Part shown: positions 23,976 through 34,502 of the stretch, piece after piece
How positions within the stretch are numbered: the stretch's first letter is position 1
How the letters are laid out: each line of letters begins with the position of its first letter
Virus record (IMG/VR): IMGVR_UViG_3300012209_000008
Location: 2,026 to 66,025 of that record
Length of the DNA stretch: 64,000 nt
From: a virus
Strand: one strand, 5' to 3'
The notes under the pieces: generated by a model
Seen by the model: only the letters and a program-made list of their open reading frames with translations
Databases searched by the model: none
Told to the model about the DNA's origin: nothing
Position numbers and translations under genes: made by a program

Positions 23976-26684
23976 TTAGAGAACCATCACTTGAACTGTA
24001 TCCAATGTTAAGGTGCAGGCCCCTACCACAAGGCCCCGAATGTCCAGCAGCAGATCGGCTCCCAGGTTCTCCGTTCCTGTTGCCCGTTCATGGAACATAT
24101 TGACCCCTGTGTTGTTGTTGCCCAGAGATTTTATGGAGTTGGCCACTTGCACTGAGGCTCCAGTTGTGCGTGTCAAGATACACCGGACAAACCAAAGCGT
24201 TCCCGTAGCCACTGTGATGGTGTGAGTCATGAAGACCGTGTTCCCCAACTTGATCTTGACCGTCCCGCTCGTGCCCCCAGCCACCTGTCCCTGGAGCTCG
24301 ATGATGAGGGCCCGCTTGTTGACGCCCAGCGTGTTGAGCTTGATACTCTTAGAGCTGAGCGACACCTCAGTGATGGACGTGGTGCTTTGGTTGGCGTCCT
24401 GGTGGATGGTCCGCGCGAGGGCTGAGAAGTAGGTCGAGTCATGCACATACAGGCTGTGGTTCGGATCCCCCACGTATTCCAGCTCGCCCTCCGCCGCGTT
24501 GGCCTCCGGCGTGAGCCCGGTCAGCGGCTCCAGGTAGGCGTGCGGCTGCTGGTCCGTCCCGTCCGACGTGGCCGGCAGCCGGAGGCCCCGCCGTGCCTTC
24601 CCCGCCGCCGACGAGGAGGTCCACGTGACGGCGTAGTTGTCCGTCCGGTAGGACGCCGCGAAGCAGAGCACCCGTCCCGTGCCGGACGGGTCGGTCGAGA
24701 ACCCGGCCACCTGCACGTTCAGACGCAACCGGAACCACACGTGGGTCGGCGCGTCCGTAACCACGATCACCGGGCTGTACGTGGCAAGCACCTCCGTCGT
24801 GGTCGTCGAATCGACGCTCCAGGACCCGGGGGCCTGGGTCCAGCTCGTCCCACTGTTGATGGAGTACTCGACGTAGACGGTGGCCGTGCAGTCGCGCTCG
24901 ATGCTCCCACCGCCGTTCACCTTGGCACCCACGCGGAACGTGACGGTGTACTTGTCGTCGTAGGCGTCGACGTTGTCACCCTCATTGGTGGGGTCGCCCA
25001 GTTTGCACCACAGACGGCTCGCTGCGATCACGTCGCCGCTCGTGTTGACGTTCTGGGTGAGGGTGTTGATGCCATTGTCGGCGCCGTCCGGGTCGGTCCA
25101 CCCCTTGGAGCCCGCCGTCAGGCCCACATCCTTCGAGGATCGGGCCGTGAGCACGATGCCCGCCGGGCTGGTGTGGCTCCCCAGCAGCGCGGCAAGGTTG
25201 TTGGTCCCGGTCCCGGCGTCGCCCCAGACCTCGACATTGTTGTTCTGGAGCATGACCCGGTTCATGCTCGTGTCGCCATAGTTCCCGGTCACCGAGTGTT
25301 GCAGGGTGCGGAACAGGGCCCCGCCGAGCGCCAGCAGCTGGCCGTTGAAGGTGGCGAGCCCGCTCACCAGTAGGGAGACGGCGCGGATGATGGCGTACAC
25401 CACCAACCGCCCCAGGCTGTCAATGGTGAGCGAGAGCCTGACACAGTGGCCGGTGTTCGGCGTGTCCGTCCCGGCAAACGTGCTCCCGTTCAGCGTAAAG
25501 TTGTCGGCGTCGACCACGGTGATCGTCCACGGGGTCCCCGCCGGACTGTTGGCCGCCGTCACGCCCAGGTGGCCATGGATCACCACCGAGTCCCCCGTGG
25601 CGTAGCCGTGCCCGGTAATCTTGATGTTGATGAGCCCACCGGACGTGCTCGCCGCCTCCACGAGCTTGGGCGTCTGCCCCAAGCGCATAAAGAACGACGT
25701 GGCGGGGAAGTCGATGAAGCTCTGCATCCCGTCGACGGTGTCGGGATCCGCCACGCCGGTGGAGAAGCGGAGCGCGTAGAGGGAGTTGGGCGGGGGCACG
25801 TCATAGAGCGCCCCGAGCCCGATCCGGAGGTAGGCGTCATCGAACCGCGCCACCGTCCCGGTCCCTGTGGCGTCAATCTCCGCTATCAGCCGGACAAACT
25901 TCTTGCCGGCGGGGACCAGGTACTGGCCCTGCACAAACACCCACCCAGCCGTGTTCTGGTTCGGCGTGGAGACGGTGACCGGCGCGCCCTTGTCCTTGTC
26001 GGTGGCCTCCAGCGTGTACCGCACATTGGCGGTCCCGGACTCGCGGTAGATCCAGCCACCAAACTGGACCAGGTCGTTCTGGTTCACCTCGAAGTAGCGG
26101 CTCTTGCCCACGTCATCCCCAGGCGTCACTTGGGCGGCCACGCCGGTGGTGGAGGTGAGCCGAAGATACCAGTTGCCCCCGTTGGCATTGGCCGGGGTGT
26201 TGATGGCCGACGCCGCCCCGGCTTGCTGGAACCAGAAGGCCAACCCGTCCTCAAAGCCGGAGTTGGGGAGGATGTTCTGCACCTGCGGGCCCATCCGCGC
26301 CGTCTGCTGCTTCCAGGCTTGGGAGGTCTTCGCCGCGGCGGCATCGGAGACGTTTCGCTGCACGGTCGCGGAGAGGCGGTCGGCCACTCCGAGGTTGACC
26401 CAATCGGAGTAGGGCCCGGGCCCCCAGGCATTGCCATTCAGCCGGGTCCGGTACCACCAGATCACGCCGTTGGTCGCCAACTTGTCCACATAGTGGATCC
26501 CGTCCGGCGGGACCACCTGGGCCACCACGAGCACCGCTTGGGCTCCATTGGGGGCGCCAGCGGCGTCCGGAGCGCGCCACAACTCCACGGGAATCGTGGG
26601 GTCGGCGCCCGGCAGTACGGTCACCATGATCCCGGTCGGGGTCAGGGTGCCGTCGTTGACTTCAATGGTGGCGGCGAGTGCCAT
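23976..26684 (-). CDS. tail fibre / receptor-binding protein
   Basis: 902 aa, Gly/Thr/Ala-rich; FN3-like N-terminus and a CBM-like NILPNSGFEDG domain; last large tail gene. Confidence 0.75.
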   Translation of the reverse strand: MALAATIEVNDGTLTPTGIMVTVLPGADPTIPVELWRAPDAAGAPNGAQAVLVVAQVVPPDGIHYVDKLATNGVIWWYRTRLNGNAWGPGPYSDWVNLGVADRLSATVQRNVSDAAAAKTSQAWKQQTARMGPQVQNILPNSGFEDGLAFWFQQAGAASAINTPANANGGNWYLRLTSTTGVAAQVTPGDDVGKSRYFEVNQNDLVQFGGWIYRESGTANVRYTLEATDKDKGAPVTVSTPNQNTAGWVFVQGQYLVPAGKKFVRLIAEIDATGTGTVARFDDAYLRIGLGALYDVPPPNSLYALRFSTGVADPDTVDGMQSFIDFPATSFFMRLGQTPKLVEAASTSGGLINIKITGHGYATGDSVVIHGHLGVTAANSPAGTPWTITVVDADNFTLNGSTFAGTDTPNTGHCVRLSLTIDSLGRLVVYAIIRAVSLLVSGLATFNGQLLALGGALFRTLQHSVTGNYGDTSMNRVMLQNNNVEVWGDAGTGTNNLAALLGSHTSPAGIVLTARSSKDVGLTAGSKGWTDPDGADNGINTLTQNVNTSGDVIAASRLWCKLGDPTNEGDNVDAYDDKYTVTFRVGAKVNGGGSIERDCTATVYVEYSINSGTSWTQAPGSWSVDSTTTTEVLATYSPVIVVTDAPTHVWFRLRLNVQVAGFSTDPSGTGRVLCFAASYRTDNYAVTWTSSSAAGKARRGLRLPATSDGTDQQPHAYLEPLTGLTPEANAAEGELEYVGDPNHSLYVHDSTYFSALARTIHQDANQSTTSITEVSLSSKSIKLNTLGVNKRALIIELQGQVAGGTSGTVKIKLGNTVFMTHTITVATGTLWFVRCILTRTTGASVQVANSIKSLGNNNTGVNMFHERATGTENLGADLLLDIRGLVVGACTLTLDTVQVMVL

Positions 26685-26693
26685 AGGCCGCTC

Positions 26694-29246
26694 CTAGATG
26701 TACACCCGCAACGGGGGCGGGGGCGTGATGGGAACCGGAACCGTACTGGACGTGGAGAACGAGGCCGTGGCGGAGCCCGAGACGATGCCCGCCATGACTC
26801 GGTACTGAATGAGCACGCCGTAGGCTTGACTCGCTACCAGTCCCCACAAATTGAAAAAGTTGGACCCTGGCAAGAGGCTCGCAATCCGGGTGTAGGCCCC
26901 GGAGTCCGGCGACCGCAACCAGACCTCCACCGGCAACGTCGTCTCGCCGTTGGTCCAACTTACCTTCGCGGAGGTCGCGGTGATGCTGGTCACGGTCACG
27001 ACACTCGGCACCCCATAGCCCGTGAGGACCAAGCCCGTCGACGTCACCCAAGCCGAGGGCATCTTGAGACTGGCCCGATCATCCGGAAAGGTCCGCGCCT
27101 GGACCCAGAGCTTGAGCCCCGGCGTCAGCTCGCCCAGCGTGATCGTGCTAGAGGTCCGGACCGGGTTGAGCGGATATGCGTGCCAGGACGGGTCCGCGTC
27201 TACCGGGGCGGCTCCGGCGCCGCTCGCCGTCAACGCATAGCGCACCTCCGTGGGGCCATCCGCGTGGACCGTCACCGCCACCGTGGCGGTGTGCCGCGGA
27301 TCGGACCCTAACGCGGGCGCTCCCAACGTGGGAGTTCCCGCAACCGCGGCCACCCCCAGATCCAGCAGCTGCAGATTGGTGATGAGCTTGTCCCGCGTCA
27401 CCTCCACCGCGCGGCAGATCCGGGTGCCCCCGCGCTTTCCCGTAGAGGGGTCCGGCAGTGCGGAGACGGCAACCTGGACCACTTGGCCCTGAATGATGGC
27501 GGTCACCGTCGCGGTCCGCCGACAGGGGAGCGTGGTCTTGGTCTCCCCGAATGCATACGGTCGCCGCATCAGGTTCATCATATCCACCAAGCGGCGCTGA
27601 AGGTACACGTCCCGGCTCGCCCCGGCGATGGCCGCATCGCCCTCCATCATCCGGTAACCCCCACCCCCCATCTGCCACACCTTCTCCCCGAAGTCGCCGG
27701 AGCCAATGGCTAACAGTTTTTGCGGATGCTCGATGGGCGCGAGCAACAACGCCTTGAGGGCCGGGTAGGGATCCGGCAAGACCCCGGCCTTGTCGCGGCC
27801 CATGATCGGGAGATCTTCCCACAAACTGGCCTCCGCCGCGAAAATCGCCGCATCCCGATCGTACTCCCAGGTCAGGGCGGGATCCGCGGCCAGATCCGCA
27901 TCAGTGAGCAGGGGGAGACCGCCCAACGAGGTCGGCAGCCGCATATCAATCACCGTGAACACGCCCGCCCCATCCACCACCAACGCCAGTCCATAGGGCT
28001 TGAGGATGTTCTTTTGAATCCAGTCCAGCGCGTTGGTGACCTCTTTCTCGATTCGGAAGCGCGCGGGCGGGAGATCGGGGATGGTCGCGGCGCTGATGGT
28101 GGTGCTGAAACTCCGGCGCACGTCGCCGTAGACCTTTCCCGTGGGGAGCTTGTCCGGCGAGCGGTACACGGGGCTGAACTTCCCGCCCAGGATGTCCGCT
28201 AGCAGCGTGAGGACATTGGCCACATCGAGGAAGAGGGCGAACCCGTCCGTGGCCATGAAGTCTTGATACATGCGGAAGGTGACAGCGGTCCCGTTGGCCG
28301 GCAACGCGGCGTAGCCGAGATCCGTCGCATCGTCGAGCGGTTGGATATAGAACGCGGTGAGCGCATGATGACCGTGGACATCCGTGTACTGGCCGAGCAT
28401 CCCAATCTTGAAGTCACCCTGATTCGCCCCGACATTCCACGTCAGATGGACGCGCGCCGGACCGTTGAAATTCGGGAGGGTGGCATTGGGGTTATAGGGA
28501 TCAATGATGTGGGGCCGCACATTAGGCGCCACTGCCCCCAGCAGGTCACTGGTGATGAAATTGGTTGCCACGCCCGCCACCGACGTCGAGGCCACATCGA
28601 CCCGGGCCACGTTGGCGAGGGTGGAACTCGCAATCACGATGGGACTCGCGACTGTTCCGGTAAAGTCCGCGGCCGGGGGCACCGTTCCATAGGCGGCGCC
28701 GGTGATCCCAATCGGCATCAGCAGCGGGCGCCCCGCATAGGTGATGGACGTATGCGGTGGTTGATTGAAGAGCGGGAGCTTGGTCAGCTCGTAGAGCATG
28801 TCCCGCACGGTGAGCTGGTACTGGCCCCGGCCATTCAGCGCCAGGCCCTTGATGTAGCCGGTCCAGAAGGCAGTCCAGGTGACGCCCCCATCCAGCGACT
28901 CCTCTGCGAAACACTTGAGCCCACCGAGCTGGGGATCCCCCTGGGCATTCCCCAGGAAGGCAGAGACCCAGCGGTTGGCATTGATCCCGGGCACGAGCGC
29001 GGCATCTAGCAGCTCAAAGGTCATGGTGCCGATGTCCGTGCTCCGCTCCAGCACGTTGACCCGCCCCGTCCGGCCCCGCGGCAACCCGAGGTAGGGCTTC
29101 CACCCCGTCAGCGACGGGAGCGTGGTGACCTTGAACGGATCACTGTGCACCGCGCCCCCGGGCGGCGTGAGGATGGTCGCTTCCGTGAAGTCCACGGAGC
29201 GTGGCGCGTAGACCGTCAGCCGGTAGGCCAGGAGGTACGTGGTCAT
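26694..29246 (-). CDS. baseplate hub / central tail protein with C-terminal FN3-like domains
   Basis: 850 aa; follows the Dit-like genes; C-terminal PSVVTVTSITATSAKVSW. Confidence 0.7.
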   Translation of the reverse strand: MTTYLLAYRLTVYAPRSVDFTEATILTPPGGAVHSDPFKVTTLPSLTGWKPYLGLPRGRTGRVNVLERSTDIGTMTFELLDAALVPGINANRWVSAFLGNAQGDPQLGGLKCFAEESLDGGVTWTAFWTGYIKGLALNGRGQYQLTVRDMLYELTKLPLFNQPPHTSITYAGRPLLMPIGITGAAYGTVPPAADFTGTVASPIVIASSTLANVARVDVASTSVAGVATNFITSDLLGAVAPNVRPHIIDPYNPNATLPNFNGPARVHLTWNVGANQGDFKIGMLGQYTDVHGHHALTAFYIQPLDDATDLGYAALPANGTAVTFRMYQDFMATDGFALFLDVANVLTLLADILGGKFSPVYRSPDKLPTGKVYGDVRRSFSTTISAATIPDLPPARFRIEKEVTNALDWIQKNILKPYGLALVVDGAGVFTVIDMRLPTSLGGLPLLTDADLAADPALTWEYDRDAAIFAAEASLWEDLPIMGRDKAGVLPDPYPALKALLLAPIEHPQKLLAIGSGDFGEKVWQMGGGGYRMMEGDAAIAGASRDVYLQRRLVDMMNLMRRPYAFGETKTTLPCRRTATVTAIIQGQVVQVAVSALPDPSTGKRGGTRICRAVEVTRDKLITNLQLLDLGVAAVAGTPTLGAPALGSDPRHTATVAVTVHADGPTEVRYALTASGAGAAPVDADPSWHAYPLNPVRTSSTITLGELTPGLKLWVQARTFPDDRASLKMPSAWVTSTGLVLTGYGVPSVVTVTSITATSAKVSWTNGETTLPVEVWLRSPDSGAYTRIASLLPGSNFFNLWGLVASQAYGVLIQYRVMAGIVSGSATASFSTSSTVPVPITPPPPLRVYI

Positions 29247-30982
29247 ACGAGTGCCGCCTGAGCTAAGGTAGTCACAGCAGTTGGATTCGTCCCGAGCTTG
29301 ACCACTTGGAGTCCGTGCTGGCCTCTCAGCTGCAGCAAGGTGGGGAGACTGAAATCGAAGAACTCGCTCAATCCGCCGCTATCACTGCCGGTCACCACGG
29401 CGCCACCGTTTACCGAACATTGAGTTTCCACATGGTTATCCGCGAACCAGCGGGAGAACGTTTCCACCACCGCGCCATACACAATGCCTGGTGCCGCCAC
29501 CAGGCTGTCGGAGAGGTAGGAGGGGCTTGCCCGGACTTCACTGATGGTCTGGGGCCCGCCGTTGCCCCACATGATTCGCTGCCGAGGGTAATTTGCCGCG
29601 CTATCTGCCAAGATCAGGGCATTGTCAAAGGCACTCGTGCCCGCGATGTTGCGTTGAGCCAATCCAACATCGATGTGCTTCTGGTAGCACCAGACTGGCT
29701 GCGTTTGGTAGCTCCAGGGCGTCGTGACCAGATCCGAACTTCGCGAAGCGGTCCCGGTAGTAGTCGCCATGTAGCTCGTCGGCGTGCCCTTGATCGTCGT
29801 GCCCCACCGCTCAAGTTGCGCGCCCCAGAGGAGAAGGCCCTTCGTGCCGTCGCCCGCGTAAGCCGTGGAGGTCTGTGCGTGGGCCCCCGTGTCGTACACG
29901 CGAACCTGAAACTGTGTGGATGTGATGCCGCCGTTGACTGCGCCCCAGATGCCAACCCAGAACCATCCATTGGCAAGCGGGACGATGACCGAGCCGGTCA
30001 GAACGCCTGCACCGATGACGCCGAAGGTCGTGATCGTACCGGCTGTCAAGTCGCCCCAGACGCCGTACCCGTTCGCACCGCTCGGATCGAGATTAAAGAG
30101 CTGGAACCCGGTGTACCCGTTTGCTTTGATGAACACTGACACGGCAGAGAACTCGGCGGATGTGATCGTGATGTTTTGAACGATGTTGTGGAGCGCCGAA
30201 CTCGTTGTGTTTGGCACCAAGCCGCTCGCCGTCGTCGTCAGGTCGGGTGCTGACGCGACGTTGTTTGTCGCCGTGCTTTGTCCAGTTCCCCATGGGGTCG
30301 TGGCGAGTGCCTGCGACTGGAGGCATGAATTGACCGACGCCACCTCCAGCAATGTGACGCGCACCGTACTCCCGAGCCCTAACGGGTAATGATCGTCCCG
30401 GATGACGCCTGCTGCTACGGTCCGCACCACTCCCGTGGCATCCCAATAGACAGCGCTGGAGGATCGGCTATTGGTCAGCGCCCGTGGCGCGCTTACACTC
30501 ATGCCTGGCAGATACTCAAACAACAACCCCCGCAGGCTCTCGCCGTAGCTGCGCTGGCCGGTTCGGAACTTGACGTGATAGCGCTGGGACCCGTCCAACG
30601 GCTCCACCGCAGGCGGTCCGCTCCAGGGCTCGATCAGGTAGCCGTCCACGTAGTTGAGCGGCGCCGCGCGGTCCGGCACCAGCCGGACCAAACCGCGCTG
30701 CCGCGCCCACGTCAAGAGCGCATCCACCCCGTTGGGCGGGCTGCTCCCACTGGCGAGGATGGCGGCGATGTCGGCATCCGGGACGTAGCGGAGATCTGCC
30801 TCCAGCGCATAGTCCGTGCCCACGTAGGCCCCGTCCTCGGTGCTCCCGTCAGCCGCTTCCACTGTGTCGCTCCCTTCCCGCGGCAACGGATAGGTTACGG
30901 GACTCTCCAGCGGATATGGGAAGTCCAGCCGGTTCTCTAGGGTGGAGCCCCAGAAGAGTTGGGGGAGCGGCAGCGTCGCCAT
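29243..30982 (-). CDS. distal-tail-like protein 2 with carbohydrate-binding insert
   Basis: N-terminal ~130 aa is paralogous to 30983..32677; NSRSSSAVYWDATG...LLEVASVNSCLQSQ...LWGAQLE. Confidence 0.7.
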   Translation of the reverse strand: MATLPLPQLFWGSTLENRLDFPYPLESPVTYPLPREGSDTVEAADGSTEDGAYVGTDYALEADLRYVPDADIAAILASGSSPPNGVDALLTWARQRGLVRLVPDRAAPLNYVDGYLIEPWSGPPAVEPLDGSQRYHVKFRTGQRSYGESLRGLLFEYLPGMSVSAPRALTNSRSSSAVYWDATGVVRTVAAGVIRDDHYPLGLGSTVRVTLLEVASVNSCLQSQALATTPWGTGQSTATNNVASAPDLTTTASGLVPNTTSSALHNIVQNITITSAEFSAVSVFIKANGYTGFQLFNLDPSGANGYGVWGDLTAGTITTFGVIGAGVLTGSVIVPLANGWFWVGIWGAVNGGITSTQFQVRVYDTGAHAQTSTAYAGDGTKGLLLWGAQLERWGTTIKGTPTSYMATTTGTASRSSDLVTTPWSYQTQPVWCYQKHIDVGLAQRNIAGTSAFDNALILADSAANYPRQRIMWGNGGPQTISEVRASPSYLSDSLVAAPGIVYGAVVETFSRWFADNHVETQCSVNGGAVVTGSDSGGLSEFFDFSLPTLLQLRGQHGLQVVKLGTNPTAVTTLAQAALV

Positions 30983-32677
30983 TTAGACCACACGCGCTAG
31001 GGCCAGCGAGTTCACGGGTTGGGCGCCGCCGTAGGGACCACTTTTGATCCGGTTGAGGCCCATATAGGCACGCAGACCCCCGATGTTGCCGATGGAGAGA
31101 ATAGGCGATGTCCAAGCAGGCTGAAAGGCCAGGGGCCCGCTCGGTCCCGCGACTACCTCGGGGCCCCCATTTACCGACACCCGAAGGGTCACAGCACCAG
31201 TGGCATCAAGGACCCGCAGCACCTCGACAATGTCCCCGGGGTTGAGGGCGCCTACCACAGCATTGGCCTGCACCGTCCCGCTGTTGGATGAATGCAGCCC
31301 AGTGAAGGTGAGGGCACTCTTGACAATGTAGGCCCGGGTCGCGCCGAAGCCCGTGTCCCCGGTCTGCAGAATGGAATAGGTTTGGGTGCCATCGGTATCG
31401 GGACACCAGTCCACGTACTTGACATAGTCCCACTGGGCCTGTGGCGCGTAGTTCCAGGGGGCTGTGAGGACATCCGCCACACTGGAGGTTGGTGTATAGG
31501 ACGCCACTTGCTTGCGGACGGTCCCGTGGACCGCGGTGGCACCCCAATAGTACACGCCACTCGCTCCGTCACCGATATAGGAGTTGTTGCCACTCGCGTC
31601 TTGGGTAAAGAGCTTCAGGACGTAGCTGGCCGAGGCATTGTCCAACACCCCGCGGAACCAGATCATGTACCAGCCATTCGCGAGCGGGACAATCGTCGAG
31701 GCCGCGACGACAGCCCCGGTCCCAGCAGTGATCGGTGTAACCGTTCCCGCCCGGAGGTCATAGTTGACGCCGATGATATGGTCGTTCGCGACATTGGAGA
31801 CGCGGAACGTTCCGCGGTAGCGTCCGCCGGAGCGCAAGAACCCCAACGCCGTGATGGGATCACCCGCCGTGACAGTGATCGCCGTTGTGAGATTGCACGA
31901 GTGAAACTGGGCGGATACATCGCTACTCTCCACAAGGAGATCCGCCGTGACGTTCTGATCCGGGGCCTTCGCCACGTTCGCACTCACCGTCAACAATGTC
32001 TTGGTCCACGAGGCCGCGGTCAGGTCTTCGGGGTTCGGGATGTCATTCCCGACGGCGTCCTCCAGCAGGGTCGTCTGAAGCCCGCTGCTGTAGTGCTTGT
32101 CGCAGATAACCCCGCTCGCCTCCTGTACCAGATAGCCGTAGGCCCCAAGGCGGTAACCCACCGAGGCCCGCGTGAAGGTATGCGCCAAGGGGTTATTGAG
32201 ATCCGTCCCCGGCCCGTACTCGTAAAACAGCCCCCGCTGCGCAATCCCGTAGTGGCGGTCCCGGCTCCGGAGCTTCAGATGAGGTGAGTAGAAGCCGTCC
32301 CGCTCCGTCCCCAGCGAGGTATTGAAGGGCTCGATCAACCAGCCATCCATATAGTTGGTCGGGAAGGTCCGGTCTGGCACGTAGCGGATCCGCTGGGGCT
32401 GGCGCTGGCGCCCCCAGGCCAGGAAGTTCTCCCAGGCGCTGAAGGGCTGGGGCAGGACATAGCCCACATTGAGATCCCCCAGCGGCAGCCAACGCGCATC
32501 GCCTTCCAGGTAGTAGTCGGTGCCCTGATACCAGCTGTCTTCGGTCCCGCTGGGGTACTGCGCCGTCTCGCTCCCGCGCGGCTCCGCATAGGTGACGAGG
32601 TTGTCCAGCGGGTACGGCAGATCCAACACCGTGTCCAAGGTCGGTCCGAAGAGGAGTTGGGGGAGCGGTTGGGGCAT
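30983..32677 (-). CDS. distal-tail-like protein 1 with carbohydrate-binding insert
   Basis: First gene after the tape measure; FTRASVGYRLGAYG...LLEDAVGNDIPNPE...YYWGAT. Confidence 0.7.
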   Translation of the reverse strand: MPQPLPQLLFGPTLDTVLDLPYPLDNLVTYAEPRGSETAQYPSGTEDSWYQGTDYYLEGDARWLPLGDLNVGYVLPQPFSAWENFLAWGRQRQPQRIRYVPDRTFPTNYMDGWLIEPFNTSLGTERDGFYSPHLKLRSRDRHYGIAQRGLFYEYGPGTDLNNPLAHTFTRASVGYRLGAYGYLVQEASGVICDKHYSSGLQTTLLEDAVGNDIPNPEDLTAASWTKTLLTVSANVAKAPDQNVTADLLVESSDVSAQFHSCNLTTAITVTAGDPITALGFLRSGGRYRGTFRVSNVANDHIIGVNYDLRAGTVTPITAGTGAVVAASTIVPLANGWYMIWFRGVLDNASASYVLKLFTQDASGNNSYIGDGASGVYYWGATAVHGTVRKQVASYTPTSSVADVLTAPWNYAPQAQWDYVKYVDWCPDTDGTQTYSILQTGDTGFGATRAYIVKSALTFTGLHSSNSGTVQANAVVGALNPGDIVEVLRVLDATGAVTLRVSVNGGPEVVAGPSGPLAFQPAWTSPILSIGNIGGLRAYMGLNRIKSGPYGGAQPVNSLALARVV

Positions 32678-32681
32678 GGGC

Positions 32682-34502
32682 TTAGGCCGGGTGGACGGTC
32701 ACTTCGGTGATCCCGCGCGACACCAATTCCTTGTAGGCTTTGGCAAAGGCATCGGCCTGATCCGGATTGGTCATGTCCAAGACGCCGCCCTGGATGTAGA
32801 TGTCGCCCTTCCGCGCCGCTGGCGCATTGGCCCCGGCGGGACCGGTCAGCGTACTCCCGGCCGGACTGCCACTGCTGCTCCCACCGCCCCCACTGGCCGC
32901 CGAGAAGCCAATAGCCAACGCGCCGAAGATAGCCGCGGCCTTGAAGTGATTTGCGGCGGCCACCCCAGCCCCGGGGATCCCGGGGAAGATGGCCGTAGCC
33001 AGCGCCGCAAGCCCCTCGCCGAATTCAAAGGCTGCCTTCGACGCGGCCATGGAGGCCATCGCGTGCAGGAAGGCCTTGCCGCTGATTCCGCTGCCCGAGA
33101 CAATCCCCTGGAACAAGGACTCAAACCCCGCCGAGAGAACCTGGGTCACTTCGTGCATCTCGTTCAGCTGATTCACGAGCGCAGCCGTGGCCTCCTTGAC
33201 GGGGATCCCGTTCGCCACCATGTCCCGGAGCTTTTTCCAGGCCCCGGCGTTGTCCCCCACGGCCTGGCTGAAGCGCCCGAGCACGTCGTGATTCTTGGCG
33301 TCAAACTCCGTGAGCTTGACGTCAATCTGGTCCAGCGTCCGGAACACCTCCGTTTCCGGACCGGTGGGCTCGCTGGCCACCCCGCCCTCCGAAGAGGTTT
33401 GCAGGGGGCCTTCGCCCTTGGCCCGTTGACCGGCCTGCGTGTCAAAGAGCTCGATGGCTTTCTGCCGCGCGTCGTTCACCTTCTTTTGCTGATCGTACAG
33501 TTTGGTTAGCGCGAGGGTCTCCTCTTCATTCTTGACCTTGGCTTCCGTCTCCTGGGCGTTGAGCCCTTCCTGGGCGGCCTGCGCGCGCACGAGCTGGATC
33601 CGGAAGGCATCCACCTGTTCGGTAGTGAACCCAATGGTGGTCCCCTCCCGCACCAGCAACTCCAGGTGATGGATCTTGGCCGCACTGGTAATCTTCTGCG
33701 CGGAGACGTAGGCCTGCAATTGCCGGATGTTCTCGGCCAGGGCGGGGTCAAGCTGCAGGATGCCCGTCTTGAACAACTCCGCCTCATCCCGGCCCTTTTG
33801 GAACCCAATGACCTGAGCCTCCAGCGACTGCTGCAGGTTGGTGGCGGGCTCCTCTGCTTTGGCCAACGCCGCATTGAGTTCCTTGAACTGCTTGATGGCC
33901 GCATCGGTATCATCCCCCACGGACCGCAGTGTCCCATCCGTCTGGATCCACACCTCCCCATTGCCCAGGGCCAACTCATTCTGTTTTTCAATCTCCACAC
34001 CAGCCTTCGCCACGGTCTTTCCAACAAGCTCCTGGAGGTCCACCACATCCCGCGCCGCATTGCCCATCTTGTCCATCTCGGTGGCCATGGCACTGTAGCG
34101 CTTCTCCAGCTCCGCCACATGCTTCCCGTGCTCGGAGAAGTCCGTGGTGGCGAGCTTGATGATCCCAGCAATCGCGGCCACCGCAGCGGCCGCGACCAAC
34201 ACCGCCCCATGTCCACCCCCGAAGAGCAAGAGTCCTTCCGTGAGCCGCGCCGCTTCCGAGTTCATCCCGGTCATCTGGATGGCCCCGAACGCCAACCCCG
34301 TGCTCAGCCGCCGAATGGAGCCTTCCCCAGAGGAGAAGTGCTCGTTGAGCTTCCCCATCAGCCCGCCCGTCTGGGTGAGCGGGGTATTGACGCTGTTGAC
34401 CTTGATGTTGAGGTCGGACAGCCCGGTCTTGACCGCGTTGAGTTCCGCCTCGGTCAGGTTTTTTGCGACGATCGCAAGGGTGACAGTCCCCTCATTAGGC
34501 AT
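32682..34502 (-). CDS. tape measure protein
   Basis: About 606 aa, helical and Ala-rich; MPNEGTVTLAIVAKN start; follows the tail chaperones. Confidence 0.85.
   Translation of the reverse strand: MPNEGTVTLAIVAKNLTEAELNAVKTGLSDLNIKVNSVNTPLTQTGGLMGKLNEHFSSGEGSIRRLSTGLAFGAIQMTGMNSEAARLTEGLLLFGGGHGAVLVAAAAVAAIAGIIKLATTDFSEHGKHVAELEKRYSAMATEMDKMGNAARDVVDLQELVGKTVAKAGVEIEKQNELALGNGEVWIQTDGTLRSVGDDTDAAIKQFKELNAALAKAEEPATNLQQSLEAQVIGFQKGRDEAELFKTGILQLDPALAENIRQLQAYVSAQKITSAAKIHHLELLVREGTTIGFTTEQVDAFRIQLVRAQAAQEGLNAQETEAKVKNEEETLALTKLYDQQKKVNDARQKAIELFDTQAGQRAKGEGPLQTSSEGGVASEPTGPETEVFRTLDQIDVKLTEFDAKNHDVLGRFSQAVGDNAGAWKKLRDMVANGIPVKEATAALVNQLNEMHEVTQVLSAGFESLFQGIVSGSGISGKAFLHAMASMAASKAAFEFGEGLAALATAIFPGIPGAGVAAANHFKAAAIFGALAIGFSAASGGGGSSSGSPAGSTLTGPAGANAPAARKGDIYIQGGVLDMTNPDQADAFAKAYKELVSRGITEVTVHPA

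Noticed and set aside
25446-27311. Long plus-strand ORFs opposite structural genes (also 44325..45935, 48701..50326, 55680..57425)
   Set aside because: These are antisense shadows of high-GC coding genes: Arg/Gly/Pro-rich, with no SD or motifs.
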